Shown here in pieces: positions 12,301-22,485 of a stretch of DNA of 64,000 bases. Position 1 is the stretch's first letter; each line of letters begins with the position of its first letter. The position numbers were made by a program, and so were the translations under genes. This DNA is from Nemertoderma westbladi. Lineage: Eukaryota; Animalia; Xenacoelomorpha. Location of the stretch: NCBI GenBank assembly GCA_032718475.1, contig JAUCBJ010007223.1, positions 1 through 64,000 on the forward strand. The letters are read 5' to 3'. The notes under the pieces were generated by a model. The model was not told where the DNA came from. It did no database searches and worked only from the letters and a program-made list of their open reading frames with translations.

Positions 12301-13331
12301 TCGGTTGCTTACTGGATACTCTTGAACAGTAGTTACTATGACGACGGTTAACAGCTGATATTCATACGTGTCGATTTTCTTTGTTCTACGGCTTCTCTTA
12401 GTTCAGTCAACCAATCAGAGCGTTTTTACGGCTCTTGTACAGAAATTTCCGAGAAATCACGCAATGCATTATGGGCAGTGTTATCATTCTGTCCTGAGCC
12501 AGGAAGAACGGCTTTGGAATATTTTGTGCTGTTCTGCTTTTAGCCTAACACTAGTAGGCTTAATTATAAGGACATATATCCGTTATCTGTGCAACTCAAT
12601 ACTTACCTACTAACCTAACTCAACTGGGCAATGCATATATCTTGTTGTACATACTTTTATATTGTTATACTGCTATTTACTGTCGATTATTCATTATATG
12701 GTGATGAAATATTATATTGGAATAACGAGAAATAACCCCGAAAACCCAATATTCTTGATATACCGAAGGTAAGAGAGACAGGTTACATATAACGATTGTG
12801 ACTTATGTTAAAGTGGTTTGAAGTGAATCTAATGTTATCTGATAGACCCTACATGAGTCGGTCTGTGTTCCTTTTATATGTGACTAAAATCAGTGAAGAT
12901 CGGCAGATCAGTGTGCAGTATTGTGCAGCATTGTGTATGAGTGAGACTGATAACGAAGCATTTCCTAAAGAATGCGCCATATATGTGAATTGTAACTAAG
13001 CCATATCGTTGCGTGTAGTTTAAGTCATAACTCTGTTTATATAGATAGAGCGCCACGTCCTAAAGGAACTGCTAATATTCCCCGAAGGTGAATAATATTG
13101 TCAGAGATTATATAACACGATCAGTCGAATAATACAGTAGGCTTACATAGCAATACGATTAAGCCGTCGAACCCAATCTCCCGGGTATATCCAGCGGGTG
13201 AATGATCGCGCACGGATTGGTTTCAACTAGTGTAGTGAATCAAATACTTGTCAGAGGCTAAAAGCGATTTATTATCTAGAAGACATCCTAATTTGGCGGG
13301 TTAAACTGCCAAAGGTCTGAAAGCGCGAACA
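9305..13331 (+). repeat. 5' LTR of copy 2, interrupted by a 2807-bp segment (9510..12316)
   Basis: Matches the 3' LTR on both sides of the extra segment; the junction shows 2-bp GA microhomology. Confidence 0.85.
9650..11525. mobile_element. Non-coding repeat element, possibly Helentron/HINE (DINE-1)-like, with an internal ~467-bp tandem repeat
   Basis: GGTTCTCGAGATCTGATACCTGATC recurs at 10204 and 10671, with a diverged third unit upstream. A short hairpin (TTCAT-TATT-ATGAA) followed by GTAATAA lies at the right end. The left boundary is uncertain. Confidence 0.35.
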
Positions 13332-13346
13332 ATAACGGATATATGT
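13332..13346 (+). promoter_or_regulatory. Non-tRNA primer-binding site candidate of copy 2 (ATAACGGATATATGT)
   Basis: Directly follows the LTR end, with no TGG. Perfect 15-nt complement of LTR 12572..12586 (also 28721..28735); partial duplicate at 13402..13412. Confidence 0.65.
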
Positions 13347-13522
13347 GTCTGTATTGCAGTGTAGGCATTAAATACAGTTTAATATTGTTCTGGTAAGAAC
13401 AATAACGGATATCGCTTCTGTATTGCAGTAGGCAATAAAGCTGAAGTACCGGCAACCGGTACCCAGTAGGCCTGACTACCTAACCACCCGGACCGGTACC
13501 TACAGCAGTACAGGTACAGCAG

Positions 13523-14388
13523 TAGGGTTCGATCGGTGCCAAAATTTTGCCGGTGCCGGTGCCGGTGCCGGTGTCACATTGTAAATGCCGGTGCAGGTGC
13601 CGGTGCCGGTGTTTTTAAATGTTGGGCAAATTTGGCGTAATTCTATTTGAAAACGAAATAATATAAATTTTTGTGTAATCTATGTCTATTACATTAGGCC
13701 ACACGCACACCTAACCCTGTCACCTAATGAAATGCAGAAATGAGGCAGTGATGCAGTAAAGTACCACAGTCACAGATTGACAGAAGGTACAGTACAGCAG
13801 TAGCTCAGTAGCTGGCCGACTATGTACTGATCAATTTCTGAATTAATATTGAAATAGCTTAACCCAGCTGTCCAGCACACGGGTACAGCAGCAGAGCAAC
13901 AATAAGTACGTACAATTCTACAATACTGTAAAATTATGATGTCACGCATTTATATAAAATGGTTTAGATTTACAATAAAATGAATATAAAAGTTTAAATA
14001 AAACGATTGCATTAAAATTATTTGTGTAGGCCTACAGTTACAGTAGGCCTACAGTATTTATATATTACATAAAATACAGAAATAACATAGTGTATCAGTT
14101 TTACACTAAGTAAGGCGTTATGATTCTGGGCTACCCTACCACTAGTCAAGTCACTAGACTGCTAGACCAGTAGACAGACAGTCAAACAGCTATAGCCAGA
14201 TAGCCTTGCTGCCTTGTAGCTGACTGATAGCTTAGCCAGGCTGTCTGCAGTACCGGTACTGCAGTAGGCTTCAATTTTAACAGCAGCCAATCATTTTAAA
14301 AAACACCGGCACCGGCAATGTTTTTGCCGGTGCAGGTGCCGGTGCCGGTGGTGCCAAACACCGGTGCCGGTGCACCGATCGAACCCTA
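13523..14388. mobile_element. hAT-type MITE (866 bp)
   Basis: 17-bp TIRs TAGGGTTCGATCGGTGC/GCACCGATCGAACCCTA; 8-bp TSD TACAGCAG (13515..13522, 14389..14396); subterminal GCCGGT repeats; absent from copy 1. Confidence 0.92.
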
Positions 14389-14561
14389 TACAGCAGTATT
14401 ATTCGATTTTGATTATTATATACCAGTAGGTCTTAATAATTAATCGGGGACGCCTGGTTTTTATTGGGATTTTACTTAGGCCTATTTCTGTCAGTTTTAT
14501 TTATTTGTAGGCCAGTATTGAACAGAAGGCGTGTAAGCCTGATCAGATTGTACAGACAATT

Positions 14562-15120
14562 TGTAGGCTGGGCTGTTGTCTGATTGTTGTTAAGTCTGAA
14601 CGGATTGCAGTGTGTGTAGATCATCTGTCCGATAAAGAACGGTTAGGAAGTAGGGGCAGCCAATAGCTGTAAGGTAAACCCCCATCTAAAGAATAAGTCG
14701 TACTACTGGGTTAGAACGCATACTACCTAACCATTTCGGAGTCTGCATGTCCTGTAGTTTATTTAGGCTTGAGAGTAGTCTGCCATCGTCTAGTCTGTAC
14801 TTTGTTTGTGTAGTCTGTACAGGTAGCGTATAATATTTATTTAGATAATTTGTAGGCTGGATAGTTGTCTGGCTGTTATTGGGTCTGAAGGGATTGTAGT
14901 GTGTGTAGAGTGTCTGTTCGATAAAGTGCGGTTAGGAAGTAGGGGCAGCCAAAGCTGTAAGGTAAATCCCTTCCTAAAGAATAAGTCGTACTACTAGGTT
15001 AGAACGCATACTAACTAACTATTTCGGAATCTGCACATACTGTAATTTATTTAGGCTTGATAGTAGTCTGTCAGTATTTAGTCTGCATTTTGTTTGAGTG
15101 GTTTGTACGCGTAGCGTAAT
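14562..15120 (+). repeat. ~290-bp tandem duplication in the copy 2 leader
   Basis: TGTAGGCTGG...GGTTAGGAAGTAGGGGCAGCC...TTTAGGCTTGA occurs twice; homologous to 6195..6715. Confidence 0.85.
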
Positions 15121-16460
15121 ATTTATTATTCAGAGTTTATGCGATTATTCGCAACATTCATATCCCCAAGTTTGTTCCTACAGTAATTGTGTTTGTTATA
15201 TATACCGCTATAGTTAAATTAACCCCGGTACTACACGGGCTGCTTGGCGTAGGTAAAGACTGGTAATTTTGTGCACCGGTCACTCCAGCAGATGCCGTGG
15301 TTCTTTTAGCTGTTCAAGTATTTTTAACTACTGATTATCTGTTGTACAAGTACTCGTACCTAATTTAGGGTTTAGTGTACAGTGCTTTCCGAAAGTAATT
15401 AGTGTAGGCATTATATTTGTGTTGTAAAGTGGTTGATAGGCACGTACGTTAGCTCTATTAACTTCTAGGTAGGAACACTCCGTGATACATAACGTAGTAC
15501 CTATAGCGATACGGCTATAGGTCGTCAGGCGGTGGTATTTTCCTATCTGGACAACGCAGTGTATTTACTACTACTTATTATTTTCAAATACCGTAGTACC
15601 CTGTCCGTTGTAATAACCAGATTTCTAACCCTTTGTTAGGCTGGTTTGTAGACTTCTTGTAAAATTACCCTAAAAATTCGTATTTGTGTTTTTTTGTAAA
15701 TTTTTGTGTTTATTTAGAGATTGAAATCTCACCCGAATTGTACGTAATTTGTAGTATTAAGTAACTTAGGTAAATTAGAATTATTTGTTTTAGTGTCTAA
15801 CAAGTAGCACTTCACTGAGAGCGCACAGCTTCTGTGTAGTGACTCCTTCCCAGAAATAATAACATTTATTTCAAATACTGACAAAACCCATTAAACGGGT
15901 ATATATATATTATAAATCAAATCTAACGATTTATAAATAGTAGGCCTACCATACAACCATTAGGTCTCAATATCAGTTGGACTACTGCTCAAATAACAGT
16001 AATAAAGTAAGTAAAGTAACCAAGTAACCCTAAAATTCAGAAATTCAATTATTTAAAATAATTGATATACCGGTATTTACGATAGGCCTATTATCTTTAT
16101 TTCTATAAATTTAGGCTGAAATTATACCGGTACTGTAATTAATTCTAGTCCAGAATTATACTTATATATACTACAAAACAAACTGTAAGCTGTATACCGG
16201 TATTCCCGATAGGCCTATTATATATTTATATATATTTGTGCTAAAAATTATACCAGTATTCTGTGATAAACCTAGTCTGTAATAATACTTATATAGTTAT
16301 ATATACTATAAGCATACCGGTATTCTAATATATTATATATATATCACGCTACACTGAGTAGCAGTATCGGTAATTAATTACTAGGCTAGCAGTTAATACT
16401 GAATTACTAGACTTGCTTAGACTGTAATATAGCAGTAGGCATTCAACTGTGTAAACAAAC

Positions 16461-18602
16461 ATGTCTGATACTAAACAGAACCTGTCAGACAGTTTATTAG
16501 ATGTAACTATCTGCGACTCAGATAGGAGTGTAGAACCGTCTGGACCTAAATTCAGTTCACCTCCTACTGTGAGGAAGGTCATCCCTCCTGTAGTAATATC
16601 AGACCCTAGGCTAATCCAACACCGTAGGTCTATCATAGGCACTCGAGCTCAGGTCAAGCGGGACCAAGAAGCAGCGGAACAACAACAACCCGCGAGCCAA
16701 GAACTTATTTCTCAACGGCCCGACAGCTCCAGTAGTGAGGATACTGTAGAGCTGACACCCGAGCGCGGGGCAAAGATGACGGATGCGGTTTATTCGGATC
16801 CCCTTCTCATCCTTCCTGCAGCCGTACTCATTAGGTTATTGATTGCGGTGGAAGAACACCAGATCGATTGGGCGAGAAGTAAGCGATCGACTAAAGATAG
16901 TTATGCGGGATACACAAGGGAAGAACTGAAGTCTATTGTCGAGTCGCAATGGAACTTCCCCGGACCCGGACTCCAGTTTGATTTATCAGAAGCTGTCTGG
17001 GAAGATATACACAGGATGGGAGTACCCAAGGAAACCATCGATCCAGCTGTGTGGAAGAGGTCCGCAGCCGGATACGTACAGGGATTCTTCAGCTCCATGG
17101 AGCGAGTAGAAAAACAACTGTTTCAACAACCACAAGGACCTCAAGAGCAGGGACAGCTGCTTTATCAAGTTAGAGAAAGAATTCTACGAATCAGGCTAAT
17201 CTTATCGGCCTTTGAGGAGGCTTCTAAAAGAAAACAAGACACGTTGTTGCAAGTTGCCGTAAAGACTTGGTTTCAACGGGTGAGTCTCCAAGTTCAAAGA
17301 GCTGCCCCGTGGAAATCGCAGTTAGATGAGCGCTCAACACTTGGAGAATCCACAGACGCTACCTTTTCCCAAGTGGAAAGTGAAGCGACAGCAGAGAAGC
17401 CGCATAAGAGGGATGCCATTGACATCTATCTGTCAGACTATCAACGTTTTTTAGGAGATGAAGAGTTGAGGAGAAGGTTAGATGGACTTAGCCCTAATAG
17501 TGAAGGAGCCAAGCTTGTGTTGGACGCAATCGATGTGGATAGGATAGCTGCGAACCAAGCTAAATTTGATGAACAACTCCGCATCGCTAGAGTCCAAGAA
17601 GAACAAGTCAAGAAAAAACGAATAGAAGACAGAAAGATAGCGGCCTTGGCAGCTGCAGTGGCAGAAGCAGAAAGAAAAGCGGCTTTGGCAGCTGCAGTGG
17701 CAGAAGCAGAACGAAAGGCGTCTGAAGAGACTGCCCAACTAGAGTTAGAAAATCTTCAAGAGAGGCAAGATAACTTTAATAAACAGTTAACAGCTAGTAA
17801 TATGCAGATGATGAATCGATCTACTCCCAAAAGACAGGGATATACATCATCTGAGGAAGGCGATACCACCGATGCTGAAGGCGGGGGAAATAGATCTCAT
17901 CTAAGCAGACGTAAAAGAACATCCCACCGTCAGAAATTGCCTGATTTGCCTCCAGCTGTTAGAAGGCAACTAAATAACACCAACTTAGGTAGTACAGAAC
18001 CCACAGACCAAATAATTAAAATAGAAAGACTCCCTACTATAGTAGATGAGCCTGAAATAATTAGGCCTGTTCTTGAAATCACCCCTTCAGTGATAGACAC
18101 ACCTGTGCTCCCTGAAGCTACCTCTAAATTCCCTCTGCACAGCACTAAGCTACCTGTGCCCAGTAGAACAGCCCATGAGACAGTGCAGGTCCTGGACCCT
18201 GAGCGAAATATTCATGATTTGTCGCCCGTTGTCCCTCGTCCGCCCGCTACAACGTTGGCGACTCCCGCTTCGGCGGTCGAATGGGTGGACGAGAGACGGC
18301 GGGGGATGGATCTCCTGCTCGGGCAGATGCAGGAGACTGTTCAGCAATTCAAGGGCACAGTAAGGGAAAGTAGGCTAGAGTTGCAAGAAGTGCAGCAAAG
18401 TATCGCGCTAGAACGCGATAAATTAGTAAATACACAAAGGGGTATACCACCACCCTCGGTAACAATGTGTCAACCTGTTAGGTCTGAAGTATCTCATGCG
18501 CAAGGTATGGAGCCTACACGCATATATACTGCTAGCAAAGTAGAAACTCCTATAGTGAACCCTATTAAGGGTAATTATAGACCTGTTGATAATGACATTC
18601 CC
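16461..18602 (+). pseudogene. N-terminal part of the copy 2 Gag ORF, interrupted by a LINE
   Basis: Homologous to the copy 1 N-terminus. Removing 18604..22482 plus one CCCT restores ...NDIPYRPD... in frame with 22486..24999. Confidence 0.9.
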
Positions 18603-18709
18603 TTCAATTTGAATTTCCCACTATTGACAAGATTTAGGGCCTACACCCAGCACTGACATACAGACATACACGGGTTCATTTATTATTAATTGACAATTAT
18701 TACTGTATT

Positions 18710-21700
18710 ATGGCACTACTCGTGGTAATGGCGGTTCTCGTTATGGTTGGTCGATTGCTGGCGGCAGATGTAATTCCTGTGAGAAAGGATCCGGTGAGCC
18801 TTCAACCAATTCCCGTATTGGATGTCTTCACAGTGTTCCAAATCAACGGAGAATATCGTGGCTGGCGACTACCAACTGTGGCGGATCTCTGGACAATGAA
18901 CGGTGTGAGTCTCTTTGCTCGAAGTAGGAGGAATGCTGGTCCAGTGAGATTTAGTGGGTGGACTTCCCAACTCTGCGCGTTGATTCTTGCTGGAGATGTC
19001 GAGGTAAATCCAGGGCCTAGCAGGACGATGAAGAAGACCTGTGCGATATGTAAACACGGAGCAAACTCGCGAAGCAAGATCGTTGAGTGCGAGAAATGTG
19101 TAACCTTTTCCCATGCCAAGTGCTACCGTAGGTCTTTAAATAAATATTCCACCCTCAGAAACAGTAACAGCCCAATTTATTTTTGTAACAGTTGTATTCT
19201 ATCTGAACTCCCATTTTTTGAAGATTCCTTAGATAACGAACTTGACGAACCTATCGCCTCACCCTTGCAACAACCAAGTGAGGCCGAGGGTGATACCTTC
19301 CAATATTTTAAGAGAAAAGGCTTACATTTTCTACATCTAAACGTGCGATCTTTGCTTCCAAAAATATCGGAACTTAAAATTCTATCAGTTAAAACGAACG
19401 CCGCAATAATCACAATTTCCGAAACATGGCTGGATGATACTGTTTCTGAGGAGGTGAGGTACACATTAATAACTATGTAATTGTACGCAAGGATAGGAAT
19501 AGGGATGGAGGCGGGGTGTGTATGTACATCAGGAATGACTTAGCTTTTAATCGTAGAGAAGAATTAGAGACTTGCGATGAGATTTTACTGCTCGAACTTT
19601 TACTACCAAAAACTAAACCAATTATTATCGCTAGCGTTTACAGGCCGCCAAAACAAGATAATTTTTTAGAAAATCTAGAAAATAAAATCTTAGTGAATCT
19701 TAGGTCTGACTGTGAATTTTATTTATTAGGAGATTTTAATATTTGTTTTCATCAAAAAGCCTCAGCTATTTGTAGAAAATATCAAAGTGTTCTGAATTTA
19801 TTTGGTTTAAAACAATTAATAAGTGAATCAACTAGAATTACAAGTAAAACTTCCACCCTATTAGATCATATTGTTATTAATAATAGAGATATGGTATCTC
19901 AGTCTGGTGTTTTATCTATAGGTGTAAGTGATCACTTTATTGTTTTTTGTACAAGGAAATCTCAAAAGTATTTTTTTGGGGAACATAATACTGTCAAAAT
20001 TAGGTCTTTAAAGAACTACAGTAAGCAACAATTTATAAATATTTTAACTAACTCCAACTGGGAACCATGTTTTAAGGCAGCTAATATTAACCTTGCTTAT
20101 GCAATTTTTAAAAATTTATTTTTGAACGCTCTTGATTCTGTAGCACCCATTAAAGAAGTTCACTTAAAACAAAGAACAGAACCGTGGATGACTGCTAATA
20201 TTCTTAAGGTTATAAAGGATAGGGATTGCTTATTGTATAGATTTAGAAAATATGGTATTTTAACTGATTATAATAATTACTGTAGGTTAAGGAACTTAGT
20301 ACAGCGTGAAATTAAAAAAGCGAAATCCGAATTTTTGTACAACAAAATTGATGAAAATAAGGATAATCCAAAATCACTTTGGACGACATTAAAATCTTTA
20401 GGGTATAAAAGCACAAATTCAAAATCGAATATAGTCTTGCAGGAAAACGGGGAGCTCATTCATGAGCCTAAGATTATAAGTAATTTATTCAATAACTATT
20501 TCATTAATGTAGCCTCGAATCTTGTCCAAAAATTGCCAATTGCTAAAAATAAATACAGTCTAAATTCGGAAATACTAAACAAATTTTACTCGGAAAAGGT
20601 TAAGAATTCTCCAAAGTTATTTTTACAGCCTGTCTCAGAAGCTTATGTATTGAAAAATCTTGTCAGTATTTCGTCATCTAAAAGTACTGGACTGGACCAG
20701 ATTCCAGCAAGGTTTCTTAAGGATGGTGCGGAAGTGCTAAAGATTCCTATTACTTACATAATTAACTACTCAATTTTAGAAAATGTAGTCCCGGATGATC
20801 TTAAATTGGCGAAGGTTGTTCCAATATTTAAAAAGAACAGTAAATTAGAAACCAGTAATTACAGGCCCATTAGTGTGTTAAGTATTGTATCCAAAATTCT
20901 TGAACGTTCAGTGTACACTCAGCTAGAGTTCCATCTTAACAAACTCAATTTAATATACGAATTTCAATCTGGCTTCCGTAAATCTTACTCTACAGATAGT
21001 TGTCTAATCAATTTGACGGATAATATTAGGTGTAACAACGCGAAGGGATTGTATACCGGTATGGTAATGTTAGATTTACAGAAGGCCTTTGACACGGTTG
21101 ATCACGAAATATTACTAGGAAAACTAGATCTTATGGGTGTGGGCTCAATTAATTGGTTCAGGTCATACTTATCAGATAGGGGTCAAGTTGTAGATATAAA
21201 TAAAACTCAGTCCTCAGTTCAGAAAATTAAGTGTGGAGTACCGCAGGGTAGCATCTTAGGGCCGTTGCTGTTTGTATGTTACGTAAATGATATGATTAGT
21301 AGCATAGATCCGGACTTTAAACTAATATTATACGCTGATGATAGTGCATTAATCTTTTCTCACAGGGACCCGGACACAATTTGTGAAAAACTAGGCAAAG
21401 TTCTAGAATCCTGCAACGAATGGCTCATCGATAATAAGCTTTCAATTCACTACGGCAAAACTGAAAATATTTTATTCGGCTCGAAAAGAAAATTAAACAA
21501 GTTCCGAAACTTTGAAGTAATTAGCAACGGCCACAAAATTGAAAATAAAAAAGAAGTTAAATATTTAGGCTCCAAATTGGATTGTAGTTTATCCGGAGAA
21601 AGCATTGTTAAAAATATTATTGCAAAAGTTAATGGCAGACTAAAGTTTCTTTATCGACATAAAAATAGCCTAAATTTTAATTCTCGTAGGTTGCTTTCTT

Positions 21701-22188
21701 CATCTTTAATTCAATGTCATATTGACTATGCAAGTTCATCTTGGTATGAAGGCTTAACTAAAAATCTCAAAAATAGGTTACAAACAGCTCAAAACAAGGT
21801 AGTACGTTTTATTAATGATTATAAACCACGTCACCATTTAACCCCTGAAGATTTTAATCAGTCTGGTTTAATTAAAGTAGACAGTAGAGTAAAGCAGCTT
21901 CGGCTCAACCATGTACATAAAGTTTTCAATGATAACTGCCCTAAATACTTAAATCAAAAATTTACCAAACTGAGTGATACACATTCATACGGCACCAGAG
22001 CCAGCACATCAAATTTTTATGTTCCCAATTGTATATCCTTTGAAAGCGAAACGTTTTTCTTTAATGGAATAAAGAATGGGAATTCCTTACCGAATAACAT
22101 TAAAAATATTAAAAATGAACATGCCTTTAAGTCTGCAGTAAAATCCCATCTCCAAGACCAGTGCAAATTCTTATATAGCAGTATTTAG
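18710..22188 (+). pseudogene. LINE polyprotein: signal-like leader, 2A peptide, PHD finger, AP endonuclease and reverse transcriptase; one frameshift near 19455
   Basis: LILAGDVEVNPGP; CAIC...CEKC...HAKC...CNSC; FLHLNVRSL, ISETWL, RKDR...GGGV, GDFN, SDH; YRPIS, DLQKAFD, GVPQGSILGP, YADD. The two track ORFs (18710..19480, 19516..22188) join across GAGGTGAGGT. Confidence 0.9.
18974..19018 (+). other. 2A-like ribosomal skipping motif (CALILAGDVEVNPG/P)
   Basis: Matches the D(V/I)ExNPGP consensus with the usual upstream hydrophobic run. Confidence 0.85.
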
Positions 22189-22332
22189 TTTAGTTCAATA
22201 TTAAATAGGTGCATGTGCAATAATTAGTAATAATGTTCAATTTTGTATTTCTTGTATCTTATTTAGTTTAAATTATATAATTATTCTATATACAGTAGTT
22301 AGTTTAGTTTGTATTGGTAACCAAGTAACTTG

Positions 22333-22378
22333 AAGGACCCCCTTGGAAATAAGCTGCAAAGCTTTAGGGGTTATCCTT
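22333..22378 (+). promoter_or_regulatory. LINE 3' UTR stem-loop
   Basis: AAGGA-CCCCT...AAGC-TGCAAA-GCTT...AGGGG-TTA-TCCTT nested inverted repeats ~100 nt before the tail, as expected for RT-recognition stems of CR1/L2-group elements. Confidence 0.5.
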
Positions 22379-22485
22379 TATGTTATGTTGGACAATACTT
22401 ACTATACATTAATAATTTTACTGAGTTAATGTATTGGTTTCTATTGTTTGCATAATATATAAATAAATCTATCTATCTATAACCC

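Larger units (their letters stand above)
18604..22482 (+). mobile_element. Non-LTR retrotransposon of the CR1/L2 group (Crack/Daphne-like), single-ORF type, probably full length
   Basis: CCCT duplicated at 18600..18603 and 22483..22486 relative to the empty site in copy 1; 3' AATAAA followed by a (TCTA)n tail; PHD-APE-RT coding content. Confidence 0.9.

Noticed and set aside
12368-13056. Identical small ORFs duplicated at 28517..29205
   Set aside because: Explained by LTR duplication; no motif, and not seen in the copy 1 LTR.
15288-15305. GATGCCGTGG as a tRNA-His-like PBS
   Set aside because: It lacks the TGG start and lies ~2 kb from the LTR end.
19441-19480. Programmed frameshift between the two LINE ORFs
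   Set aside because: The break falls inside the endonuclease at a GAGGT duplication with no slippery heptamer; a mutation or sequencing error is more likely.
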